The notes under the pieces were generated by a model, which was not told where the DNA came from, ran no database searches, and worked only from the letters and a program-made list of their open reading frames with translations. A DNA stretch of 64,000 bases, taken from the NCBI GenBank assembly GCA_010015585.1, contig ML975156.1. One strand, written 5' to 3'. Of the stretch, positions 36,928 to 48,360 are shown piece after piece. Position numbers and translations under genes: made by a program. Every line of letters begins with the position of its first letter. Position 1 is the stretch's first letter. Origin of the DNA: Eremomyces bilateralis CBS 781.70 (taxonomy: Eukaryota).

Positions 36928-38264
36928 ATGGCCGACTAGGGCGTGATAGGGGCGGGGATGGCGGTGGCAATCGACGAACCGGTCAATTTCGGTGAAGCAT
37001 GGGAAACTGCTCGTGCGGACATCAGCATCATCCCCATTGACGGCGAACTTCCATCACCGCGGTTCGTAGAGTTTGCTCTATGGGTTGCATTCATTCTGCA
37101 ACATCCTCCGGTGGATGCATATGTCTACCGTGGTGGGGATTACATTCTCAATGCGAGTTGGGTGGTCCAGATTCTTCGGAACAACTGGTCCCAGCTGCAC
37201 TACGGCGTCGGCAATCGAAAGCGGAGCACCATCGACAGCTTGCGCGAGTACGTGTCGAATCCGCTCGGTCGACTGGTTGAGCTTGGACGTCTTGAGGAGA
37301 CGGTGGTGAGGCTCTTGGGTACTACGGACACGACGCTCTGTACAAAGTGGCATGGTCACTTCGGCCACTACCCTGCCTGCGCTGAAGTCGACAGTGGTAT
37401 CCATCCCGAAGTGTTGCCCCTGACAGGTACGGTGCAGTGCACTAACAACTGTGGCAGGTCTCTCTGCTACTCTTGCGTGGGCCGATCCGCTGCGGTCAAA
37501 GACCTCGAGTTTCCCCCTTGGCTCGCCACGGTCTAGATCAAGGCGCAACCGTCAACTGCTGCCTCGAGTGTGCTGCAAGGACCCCTGGCATTTGGGACCC
37601 CAAAATGCAAAGCGTGGTTAACTGTCAGTGCCCGCTGATCCCGAAAGATAGCTGTATCTGTTCGTGGTGCAGGATCGAGTGGTGGGAGAATTTGGGGAGG
37701 CTAAGGGCGGAGCATGAACTGACAGCAGTCGATATCAACGGCCAGTTCGAGGTTCCGTGCCCGAGGTGTCATGAGCGCCCTGGAAACGTGCCGCTCTGTA
37801 GGCTGTGTCTTGTCTGCAAAACGATCATCAATGCCCCAGTGGAAGGACCAACCGCATAGGACCGTCTTGTTTTCGAGGACGGCTTCCTCTTGCGCAAGGA
37901 AATTCCATTGTCGCAAGTGCCCTGGAACGCCGACGCGGTACAATACTGGGGACAGACGTATGGTATTCCATTACCTCTCGTCGACCACCCGACCATCCAA
38001 CCAACGATGATGGGCATGCCGACGCTCGCTGGTGTATGGGGACAGGCAGGGATTGACTACTATACGATAGCGGACGCCCTAGAGGCTCTGGAGGCCGATC
38101 CGTCCAGCGGTGACCCCAATCCCGACAACGGTTTCGGAGCCATGGACGAATTCATCAACCTCCTTGACGTCCAGGCAGATGTGAATATTGAGCCTGCCCT
38201 TGTGGAAGGGAAAGACATGAATATCGATCCTGCCCTGCTTGAGCTGGACCAGAACCCATCCTGA
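36928..38264 (+). pseudogene. Disrupted Cys-rich (putative Zn-binding) orphan gene
   Basis: ATG 36928 is in frame with ORF 36943 through TAG 36937; frameshift near 37520-37540; TAG 37857 links ORFs 37473 and 37890 in frame; many CxxC/CxC motifs; C-terminal NIEPAL/NIDPAL. Confidence 0.6.
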
Positions 38265-38411
38265 TTCTCTGTTCGATCTTGCAATTTTCAATAAGAGCAA
38301 ATCGTTACCAACCCCGAAACCTGTCCTGGTACCCTTTCGATCTGCCAATCCCTATAAAGAGCAGATCCCCTGTTTTTGGTCAGTGGTTTTGTTTTTGGCC
38401 ATGTACAACCA

Positions 38412-38632
38412 TTGCTTTGGTTTCCTTAGGATTTATTACCTTCGAGGTTTTCCCTAGGGCTGGGTAATTGCTTTGATTTCCTAGGTTTTGTCACCTTCGA
38501 GATTTTTCCTAGGCCGGAGCAGAACTGCATCGGTTCCCTAGATTTTGTCACCCGAAAGGATTTTCCTAGGGCGGAGCAAAACTACTACTTTATTCTTAGG
38601 TTTTGCCATCTTCGAGGTTTTTCCTAGGACTC
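38412..38632. repeat. Degenerate minisatellite, about four copies of a 56-59 bp unit
   Basis: Unit approximately TTGCTTTGATTTCCTAGGTTTTGTCACCTTCGAGATTTTTCCTAGGCCGGAGCAGAA, each with two CCTAGG-like sites. Confidence 0.8.
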
Positions 38633-38982
38633 AGGCGGCGTAGTAATAGAATGGAATATGTCCTTCTCATAAGAAAGATCTGACATAGACTAAATAGGTG
38701 ACATGCTATGTGACTATGAACAAGAACTTGTAGCGCTGACTCCAAATTTCTGACCAAAAACAATGAATTGACATAATAACCCATGAAGAGAAGAGAGACA
38801 AGACCATCGTATACATCCGTTTCAAAACGCCGCGAGCACCGCTCGAACATGACCAGGCTAGAGGGGAGAAAAGTCTATGTGCAGTGAGACTTCACCATCT
38901 CCATTTAACTACTTTTGCATCTTATCATCATACCAATAGTCATCCAACGCACCTCTGAACAATGCATTGTTCAAAGGGACAA

Positions 38983-40026
38983 TCAATCCACCTCTTTTTC
39001 GTTCTTTGTTGCGTTTAACCTTGCTTCACCACCACTCGCCTTCCACCACACATCACCGCTCCACCGCATCATTCGCATGACTGCGGCGCTAGGTGTATCC
39101 ACAGCCGGTCTGACATCCAAGAAAAACACCGGCATCCCATTCTCCTCCGGCGCTCCCTCATAGTAATCAATGACATACCTCACCTCCTTCGTCGTCCCGT
39201 CTTTCATTTCTCTCGTGATGAACCAATCATGTCGATCGAACGGGGCCTCGCCGCTGAACTGCCCCGGCGCCACCTGGGACGCCCACTGCATCATCTGCGC
39301 CTTGGGCGTGAGGTCCTCGGGGCGGCCCATGAATCGTGTGAGTCGGGGGACGGCGCCGTCTTTGTTCTCGTCCCAGAGTTCCTCGCTGATGGCTGCTCCG
39401 CCACGGAAACATTGCTGGACGCCGGGGAGCCAGCCACGAGCGAACCGCCGCTCCCAGTCCAGGATCTCGTCCCATGCGCCTTCGTTTAGGAAATTGTGGA
39501 CCGCGACCATCGATTCGACGGCGTCGGCGGGGGTGTCGGTGAAGCCTTTTCGCAACATAGCATTGTACATTTGCTGTGGGGAGGGGTATTCCCAGTTGCC
39601 GGTGCCTGGATCGCCTTTCGGAATAGAGGAGGTTTCACGATTGATTGGAAGAGCGACCGTTTGATTCGGGGCGCGTTCGGAGGAAAGATGATAGGGCATC
39701 CAGTTTAGAGGGTTGAGTTTGGAGAGAGAGGATGTCTTTTGTTCAGGTTCTGAAGGAGTGGGAGGAATAGGCATGGAGGAGAGGGGTGTTGAGCCCGAAG
39801 GCGAGGTTCGATCAGGAGGAGTGTATGGACATGAGGACTCGGTGGATGGAGGAGCGGCAGGCTTTGGTACGGATGGTTTCTTATGCATGGGACAACCAGG
39901 CTAGACATTGTTAGCAGTGCATGCGACAAGTTGATAGTCTGTACATACCGGAGGGGACGTATCTGTCCGAATCTTTGCTGGAGTGGCCACCGGCGCGGAA
40001 GCCTCGTCGGCCCAAAACCAGCCCAT
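38983..40026 (-). CDS. CYC3: Cytochrome c heme lyase / holocytochrome c synthase (intron 39901-39948)
   Basis: N-terminus MGWFWAD; CP heme-regulatory motifs (GCPM, SCPY); [50 protein letters not shown]. Confidence 0.92.
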
Positions 40027-40487
40027 GATGTAGAAATGAACAGGAATATAGCAATTAGAAGGGGATCTCGCGAATGGAAGAATCGGAATATGGGATATTA
40101 GTGGTAGAGGATATGAGGTAATGAAGGAACAAAGGAAAAGAAAGAAGGATAAGGTGACGGCGCAGAAGGAGAATCGATGAAATGAAATGTTGAAATCAAT
40201 TCAATGAAATGAACCAATCCCTGTCGGGTTTAAAGTGTGGCGCAGCTACCCGCAAATGTGGCTGATATGTGGCTTGAATGCGTTGATGCCACATCGACCA
40301 CCAACTACACTGAACTTCAACAAACACTGATGCCTTCATATGGCATATCCATATCCATTCCTCATTGACGTCTCAACTCACCTGCTAAACTAACCTGAAC
40401 GATCCTCCGGTGACAGAACGATGCCAATCCTTCCTGTCCTGTAGTTAGCGAGCATACAACCCCCATCAACCCTCGACCATCAACACC

Positions 40488-41520
40488 ATGTCCCAATATT
40501 ACCCTCCCAACTATTCCTCCTCCAACAATCCGCAAAACCTCCAGTTCTACCCCTCCTCCTACAACACAGGACCTTCACCCGGCCACGTCTCCGGCCACTC
40601 TACGCCATTTCAAGCCTCCTACCCCGGCGGTTCGAGCTCCTCCGCGTTCCCTGGCAGCAGTTATGGCGCATCCTCCAGCGGATTCAGCGGAGCCGCCTTC
40701 GGCGCACCACCAGGCGTATCAGGGCGGATGGGCGAGCAAGGCGGTCTAAGAACAGGATGGCTAGCTGCATTCTCGACAGAAGGGTACGAAACAGAGCCGC
40801 CATTATTAGAGGAATTGGGAGTGAATTTCGGACATATAAAAACGAAGGTACGCGGCGTCAAACATAATCTAGTGCTGGCATACGATGAATGAACAAAACT
40901 AACGTAAAACACGGCAGACCCTCACTGTCCTCAACCCCTTCGCCCCCATCTCCCACCACCTCATGGACGACTCCGACCTCGCCGGCCCCCTCCTCTTCGC
41001 CCTCCTCTTCGGCTTCTTCCTCCGCGCCTCGGGCAAGACGCATTTCTCCTACATCTACGGCCTCTCCCTCCTCGGTTCCACCTCGCTACATGTCATATTA
41101 TCCCTCATGTCGCCCCCACCCAGCACCGACTCGACGACCGGTCAACCACCCTACACCGCTTCCGCATCCCACTATCCGACACCCGACCCGTCGAAATCCG
41201 GCAGCTCGCACTTCGCGTCCACGCTGACATACGCCCGCAGCGCGAGCGTGCTGGGGTACTGTATGCTGCCGTTGGTTCTGGTGAGCGCGTTGGGCGTGGT
41301 GGTGAGCATGAGCACGTTCACGGGGTACATCATCACGAGCGCGGCGATCCTGTGGTGCGTGTATAGCTCGAGCGCGATATTCGTGGCGGTGGGCAGGATG
41401 GAGGGGATGAGGGGACTGGTGGCGTATCCGCTAGCACTGTTTTACATGTGTTTTGGCATTATGGCGATTTTTGGGGCGAGTAGTGCGAGTGGGGCCAAGG
41501 GTACTGCGGGGACGGGTTGA
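40488..41520 (+). CDS. YIP1: Yip1-family ER-Golgi transport membrane protein (intron 40848-40917)
   Basis: EPPLLEELGVNFGHIKTK|TLTVLNP; DDSDLAGPL; SVLGYCMLPLV; LVAYPLALFY. Confidence 0.92.
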
Positions 41521-42170
41521 GGTTATGAGGATCAGTGGCTGGAACGAAGGGAAAGCGGGTTGCCATATCTAGTAGCTATGCTGGACGGAGCGATTTTAAA
41601 CCCTGAATTGATCGGGATTCTAGGATACCAAAAGGAGCATCAACTGAAGTGGACATGGTAGCGAATCACTTTAGATTTACATGACCAAGTCGTACACATG
41701 AGTATTGAACAGTGGAATGAAAGCACTTGTATCTTCTATTATGGAAAAGGAAATTTCTAGCAGGGGTTGTCGTGATCTCAAACCGCAAAGGATTTGTTTG
41801 ACTGGTAACGTCGTTGAATTGTTAAAGAAGAAAAGAAAGAAGAAGTCTCCTCTTCTCAGAACTGTTATTACATCTTTTGCTATAGGCGGCTCCTTCCTTC
41901 TCAGGCGGCTCCCATCCGTCCTTCTCAGGCCGCAAGGCTACAAACACAGACTGGGCGAAGCCCAGGACTGTCACAGGGGTTTTCAATTTGTGAATATTAG
42001 AGTATAAGGCAATTTGGAGGAATGATGGAAAAGATCAGGAACGTATCTGAAAGGTCGGACTTACCTGTACTAGTGTCGGGTGTAGCTGAGAGATTAGCAT
42101 TTCTCGTCAAAGCTCAATAGTACGTGTCCATAACTACCACCACTGCGTCGGACTCGGACTCACCTGCATT

Positions 42171-43020
42171 CTAGGTATCGCTGGACACATCATCAAAGAC
42201 CTCCTGCACCAGCTGATTGAACGCCGCGTTGTCCTTCGCAGTCTTTGTCAGGCAAGTGGATTGGTCGAGGAGGGTCTTCGCAAAGGTCCGAAAAGGCTGT
42301 CCGATCCGCCAAATGCGAGCGAGCACCTGTAATTCCGCCACAGGGCACGATTGCGGTTCCAAGAGCATGATGAATCGCGCGGCCGTGAGGGTGATTCCGG
42401 TCCCCGCAACCCCGACGGTGCTAATGAGCACGTCGATGGGCATTCTGCAGGGGTTCTAGAACTCATTGCAGATGACATCGTACTTTTTGGTGCTGCCCAA
42501 CCACGAACCCATCGTCTTGATGCGCAGATGGGGGAATTGCTCCGCCAAGATATCGGCAAGAATGAACACCGTGATTAGGAATTCGGTCAGGATCACCATT
42601 CGGTCTCGCAGACTGGTGGCTCATGTGGTCTTGTCGTTGGCGTCTGTGCAAGGGGTGATCAGCGTCGTCATGGACTGGCTCTGCCTTTGTAGCATAACCA
42701 TTTCCTTGACTTTGGATACCACATATCGCGCCTTGACACTCGTGGCCAGGAGACGCTCGCGATGCCTGGCGAACAGTGAGTTGGTCCAACCGTCGTGCCA
42801 GTTGTTGCCCACGATATCCTCTAAGTTGGGATTGCTAGGCGGGATTTGGAGGTTCGCGTCAAGCATCAACGTGTTCAGATATGGGAACACAATGAAGGCG
42901 CGGCCTTTGTTTGCCAGATCTCGAATCCTTTATTTATTGCCGATGGACTTCATCTTCGCAATTTGACGCAATGTACCGGGCCAATCTGCAATTTGCTTCA
43001 CAGGCTATTTGGTTTCGATA
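42171..43020 (-). pseudogene. SNF2-family helicase C-terminal domain remnant
   Basis: VLISTVGVAGTGITLTAARFIMLLEP..ELQVLARIWRIGQ (SF2 motifs V/VI). One reading frame is broken by TAG (42456), TGA (42621), TAA (42930) and a further TAG upstream. No N-terminal ATPase lobe is visible. Confidence 0.7.
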
Positions 43021-43494
43021 TCCGGATGGATGTTAGATTCCGGGATCAGTGCATGCTGTCTGGTAGGTCGTCGAGATGTCTCAGGTCACGTCGCGTCCTG
43101 AATAGCCAGGCGTTTCCAATATCTCCGGAAAATTGCTATGGATGAGAGCTTTCATTCGATCCAAACAGGTTTATGGCGCAAATAGATGCGGATGAGACAA
43201 GGACGGTAGAAACTGGTTGCATAGAATGGAGTTGGGAAGCTTTCTATGACTAAGATGAACATTCAACCCCGTCAGGACAATCTTTTGAAAATGGGCCAAT
43301 CAGAGCCCCGAAATCGCGTATGACATGATGAGGTCTTGGCGGGATCTTGATCGAGCATTTCTCAGATTTATATTGTGGAAGTACTCTTTAAGACCAAGTC
43401 TATTAGCTTAGTTTAAACTCATCTATATCATCTCATCCTGACTAAACGTATTCCTAGCTTCTATACCTCTATGTAGTCCGACCAGGCATCCAAC

Positions 43495-46050
43495 CTAGCC
43501 CCTCGGCGCAAACCGTTCCAACCAGCTCGCTGCTCCTTTGACATCTCCCCTCTCCGTCTCCAACGCCTTCACCCACCACTCCATCCTCCACCCCCCAACG
43601 CTCACCTCCCTCCCCTTCTCCTCTGCCACCTTCTTCCTCCCCTGACTCGCCTCATCTACACAGAAATGCAGCGGTCCCCCTTCACCATCCTTCTTCACCC
43701 CCTTCACAAACTCCCCCACCGCCGCCACCGCATCCTTCGCCCCTCCAATCGCCGGTATCCCCAAATTCCCCCGTCCCGTCTTACAGAACTCATTCGTGCA
43801 AAACCCCTTTCCACACCCCGCCAACAACTGCGTCAAATACCGCCTCTCCACTCTCCGACTCAGCGCCTTCCGCTCCGGGTCATACTGGCTGACATACAGC
43901 GGCCCGAAACACGTATCGCACAGCCCGACCTCCGCGCCCATCCCGTTCGCACCGCGCGGAACGGTGCGTCCGCAGTTCACGTTGCGGCAGACGGTCGGGG
44001 GCGGCTTTGCGGCGTTGTCCAGCGCGTGGAGTTGGAGGTGGGTGGAGAGGTCACGGAGACGCACGGGACGGTGGCAGATGTCGCAGTCAGAGGTGCGGGA
44101 GCCTTCGGAGAGTTCGTGAGGGGTGAGGTTGGTGAGGGCGACTTCGGCGGCGGGGGCAGAGGGGAGGGAAGGGTCGTGGGAGGTGGTGGGGGAGATGGGG
44201 TGGGAAAGATCGTGGGAGGTGGTGGCGGGGATGGGGTGGGAAAGATCGTGGGAGATGGTGGCGGGGAGATCGTATGGTTGGGATGGTTCGGTGGTGGTCG
44301 TGTAGGTTGTGTCGGAGGACGGGATGGTGCGGCCCTGGGGGACGAGGAGGTGGCAGAATTGGCAGAGGATCTCTTTGTAGGGACAGGTTGAAGTGCGGTG
44401 GCGAGCTAGTTCGAACACCGACGTGCATCGTTCGTTGCATGCGGGACAACGCGTGGCTTCATGGTAGTATGCATCGTGTTTCTGCTTTGATACGATGTTG
44501 TCGCCGTTTGCAGATGCTGGTGGAGATGTGCTCGCGTCCACGACCGGGCAGCTGGAAACGTCGCAGTGCCAGTGCGACGAGGCTTCCTCGGAGTTCTTGA
44601 GGAACACGCGGTTGCAATCAGGGCAGCGCCAGTTGTTGCGGAGGCAGAACGACGTGTGAAGATGGAGCGTGCGGGATGGGATCGAGTTCTGGCAGTTAGG
44701 GCATATCTCCTCTCCAGGCTGCGCTGGCGTCTTCTCGGCTATAATCGATGTCCCTGGAGGTTGCTGTGACTTCGAGTCGAAGGGTAGGACGCGAATGGTA
44801 AAGCTTCGCAGCCCATAGGAGGATGACGAAGTGGGGTACGCGTATACAGATACGTATATCGATTCTGCCGTCTCCAGCTCGACGTTTGTTGGGTTCAGTC
44901 GAATTCGCTTGGGATAGCGACTGGTCAAGTCTGCCCACACGAATTCATCATCTCGTGGCCTTGCTCTTTGCCTCGCTCCAGATGGGCTGATCAGCAAATC
45001 GACTTCGGCGTCTTCCACTCCGAGGTTGGCGACCAATTCGATCTCCAGTCCTTGGCTCCTGTCCCACGATGGGATCTCATAGTCCACATACTCGTCCTCT
45101 TTCACCCATCCTTCCACCTTCCGGAACAAATCCAACGTTCCACCTGCACTGCTTCCGCCTTTTTCCCCTTTCTTCTCCCGCTTCTCGACGATCCGTCGTA
45201 GCGTCTCGCGTGCCTGCTCCTCATCCAGAGCCTCGATGTCGACTTCCAGGTCCGTGTCGACGATGCATATGGCGTCGGACTCGGGCTTCAATTCGTCAAT
45301 GAGAAATCGGAACTGCTCTCTGACTTTCCTCCGCTGATTTGAATCGGCATTGGTTGCAGCGACAAGTCGACCACTAGGAACGACGAGAATGGAGGACTTG
45401 GTGAGAGTGGTGTAGTTGGACCGAAGATGCTCTTGGAGGAGGGCCCGCCAGTCTTCGGGATCGTAGCCCGGTTCCAGGGGCCGCAATTTGACGTAGGTAC
45501 CTTTGGGGACGGAGGTGGCGTGGACTGTTACTGCTTCTTCCTCTTCCTCTTCCTCTTCGCTGTCTTGCATTTCCACGTTCTCATCTCTCCCTCGCAACGC
45601 TTCTATCCTCGCCTCCTTGTTCTTGACCACCCCTCGTAACCCCAACGCTTCGCGTAGGAACCCACTCACCACCACCGTCCCTTCCTCCGCGCTAAACTCC
45701 CTCACCCCTGCATACACCACCCTCCCATTCCGTGGATTCACCACTCGAAATGTCAGCGGGTGCGGTAGCTGCCTCTGCCTCTCTTCTCCAATAGTGCCAT
45801 ACCCCCCGGCTTCGCCGCTCTGGACGCTCCTCTCGAACGCGTCCCACCGGTCCGGACTATCCCAGCGGGAAAATGCATTAGTGGAGGGGCCGCGCTGGGG
45901 ACCAGTAGTCACCGGAGAAGCGGCCAGGAGTTCCTCAAGGGCGGAGGAGGGGAGGAGGAGCTTGTCGCCAGGGAGGGAGGTGGGGGAGTGGGAGATGGTG
46001 AATTGACGGGACCAGGATGGAGCAGGAAAGGGGGTGGAAGGGTTGGACAT
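43495..46050 (-). CDS. UFD1-domain protein with multiple zinc fingers and C-terminal UBA-like region
   Basis: GDKLLLPSSALEEL; PLTFRVVNP..YAGVREFSAEEG; PKGTYVKLRPL; ICIVDTDLEVDI; C-x2-C..H..C fingers (CPNC..HTSFC, CPYKEILCQFCH). Confidence 0.85.
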   Translation of the reverse strand: MSNPSTPFPAPSWSRQFTISHSPTSLPGDKLLLPSSALEELLAASPVTTGPQRGPSTNAFSRWDSPDRWDAFERSVQSGEAGGYGTIGEERQRQLPHPLTFRVVNPRNGRVVYAGVREFSAEEGTVVVSGFLREALGLRGVVKNKEARIEALRGRDENVEMQDSEEEEEEEEAVTVHATSVPKGTYVKLRPLEPGYDPEDWRALLQEHLRSNYTTLTKSSILVVPSGRLVAATNADSNQRRKVREQFRFLIDELKPESDAICIVDTDLEVDIEALDEEQARETLRRIVEKREKKGEKGGSSAGGTLDLFRKVEGWVKEDEYVDYEIPSWDRSQGLEIELVANLGVEDAEVDLLISPSGARQRARPRDDEFVWADLTSRYPKRIRLNPTNVELETAESIYVSVYAYPTSSSSYGLRSFTIRVLPFDSKSQQPPGTSIIAEKTPAQPGEEICPNCQNSIPSRTLHLHTSFCLRNNWRCPDCNRVFLKNSEEASSHWHCDVSSCPVVDASTSPPASANGDNIVSKQKHDAYYHEATRCPACNERCTSVFELARHRTSTCPYKEILCQFCHLLVPQGRTIPSSDTTYTTTTEPSQPYDLPATISHDLSHPIPATTSHDLSHPISPTTSHDPSLPSAPAAEVALTNLTPHELSEGSRTSDCDICHRPVRLRDLSTHLQLHALDNAAKPPPTVCRNVNCGRTVPRGANGMGAEVGLCDTCFGPLYVSQYDPERKALSRRVERRYLTQLLAGCGKGFCTNEFCKTGRGNLGIPAIGGAKDAVAAVGEFVKGVKKDGEGGPLHFCVDEASQGRKKVAEEKGREVSVGGWRMEWWVKALETERGDVKGAASWLERFAPRG
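44174..44270. repeat. 36-bp coding minisatellite, about 2.7 copies
   Basis: TCGTGGGAG units start at 44174, 44210 and 44246 and encode PATTSHDLSHPI-like repeats. Confidence 0.85.
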
Positions 46051-48360
46051 GGGGCCAATGAATAGCAATGGAGAGAAATATTAAGGTGGAGGGAGGGTAT
46101 CTCAGCGCTCTAGTTCGGCGCTGAAATGGAGCTTGTTACAGTATCCTCGTAGGTAAGACGATGATACGTGTATGCCGATTGCGTTGATGTTACGTGCTCC
46201 TCAGCACGTGTGGGGCATCGACCCTAGCCTTCAGGGAACAAAGTGTGGGGGAGGAAAAACCACGGTGATGGTTTGTGGGCCGAAAATCGTTTCAGATGAC
46301 CTCGACGTGGCGCTCAACCGAATGTAGGGCTTGCAGCGTGCAGGCCAAACGTGCAGGCTGCAGATGGTGGAAGCTTGAGTGATGGAGTGCTTGATGCGGA
46401 GGGTGCCGCTGCGGACTCCGGTGGTCGGTGGTAGCAGTTGAGGTGGAATGTGGGGTAGATGTGATGGCACTGGTAGTTGAGGTCAGAGATGAGAGATGGT
46501 GTTATTGAGGCGGTGTATGCGTTAGAGCAGAAACGGCTTGAAGCCAAATAGAAACAAGATTGCCGGAGGATTTCCCAGGATAGATGGTCGATGGAGTGAG
46601 GATTCCCAGATACATTGACGTCTGGTGATATTGGCGTGCCTGGAGGTGATGATCAGACAACGTTTTGAATCCCGAATTCCGGCAAGTCGGTCAATCTTGT
46701 GGATAGTTGGAATTAAACTGTGCAGATGACCTCCCTAGCGGATCGATTTAATATATTTCTCAGGATAATCAAGCCGAACCTGGAGATAGAAATTAGAAAT
46801 TGCCTCTGATGTGGTTACGGGATACGCGTCGCCTCAGGCGCCTAGGCACCCACGCTTGAACATCGAGTCGTCGAGACAGGTATCTTGTCTCTTGATGAAA
46901 AATCCAACCGAATATCCAATCTACGTTCCACATCCTACATGACGTGATTTCCAACTAAACCTCTCGAAGCTTCTATATCCGCATCTGCATTATCTATGGA
47001 GTGCGGGTTGTTCAGCATTCTGCCGCCACAGATGCAGCTATCATGACCCATAGTGGCAAGTTGAAGCGGTATCCTCCTATTAGTCCACCGTCCAAAGTAT
47101 CAACTGACAAACGACTGGCATTGTCCGGTCTAACGTGTTATTCGGCTGAATACCTGGTACCTTGGTGGCCACCGCATCCTCCAGCGTGACAAGACCTGGA
47201 TGGCTGTCCGGGTCACTCCCCCGACCACATCATCTCACAGATTTCTCACTCTCCAATCAGCCCCAGATCATGCATCATCCTGCATCCCCCCGGCTCCCAC
47301 AGCCTTTCCAAAGTCTAAACGAGCTGCAGTCTGCACCCGGTGAGCGACTCACTTAGAGCGAGGCGTGGGAGAGATGTGGTCGTGGTGGGCTGTCAGAATG
47401 CTAAGTTGCTAACCCAACGCGCGGTCTAGCCCATCGAGGCTATGTGCCGAATATCGTCCTGTGGGGACCCTTGGATGCAGCATTGCAGCTCAATCAGAAA
47501 GGCTTAATTGATATTTGATATGGTATCCCAGCCACGATGCCCACAAGTCACACTATGGTACTCACTCACAACGAAAGCGAGAGGTAGGCCAGTGGCCTGA
47601 TTCGCGCGAAGGGGGGATATTCCTGGATATTCCTGGAAGTATGATGATGAGCAATCGATTACCTCGACAAATAACATGCCCAGCACCCGCCGGGGCCGCT
47701 ATTAATACAGCGTTGCGAGTCGCGGGATTTAGCGTTGAGCCGATCTCAACGTTGCTTTTGGACCTTCACCCCATCCCATCTTACTCAATCTATACCTCTC
47801 CTCAACCACATCACACCTGCCTGTCTGCTTCATTTCAGCCTGCTGCATTTGCTAAAACTATTGGCGACATCGGTCAGTTTAGTTTGGAGACTGGACAAAC
47901 GTTGAACGTGTGCGCATCCTCGCGTTTCGTTCATCATGGCTTCCTCAACCATCCCCCCGACTTGACTGACGTCGTCATTCAACCCCCAACGCGCTTTGAT
48001 AATACCTTCAATTTCCCCTGCTCTGGCTTGAATAATACGGATCATCGACCTTTTCATTATTATTTTGCACCTTGCGATTACTTTCCGAATATTCCGAGAT
48101 ACCCTGAAAGACGGTCTTTGACCTTTGAGTGCGCGAAACCCGTGAACGGGGTTCAAGGTCTTCTACTCTACCTTATTGTATGGCCCCCTTAACTTGTGGA
48201 GATTACCAAAAGTATCCCTATGGGTCTCGATTCTGCTTCAACATGTTCCTCGTTCTATATACTGATCTCTTACTAGATTTCACTACTTTAATCCTAACAT
48301 CTTCACCTATCCGTCGATCCGCTCCGCGTTCACCCCAATTAGAATCTTCATCGGACCAGA

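Noticed and set aside
29420..38980. Starship-type giant transposon carrying the NLR
   Set aside because: No DUF3435 tyrosine recombinase gene or supporting terminal repeats in the window, and the block is small and flanked by core genes.
47515..48192. 225-aa ORF upstream of the F-box-like gene
   Set aside because: Non-ATG start, no motif, and pyrimidine-rich composition typical of promoter or 5' UTR sequence.
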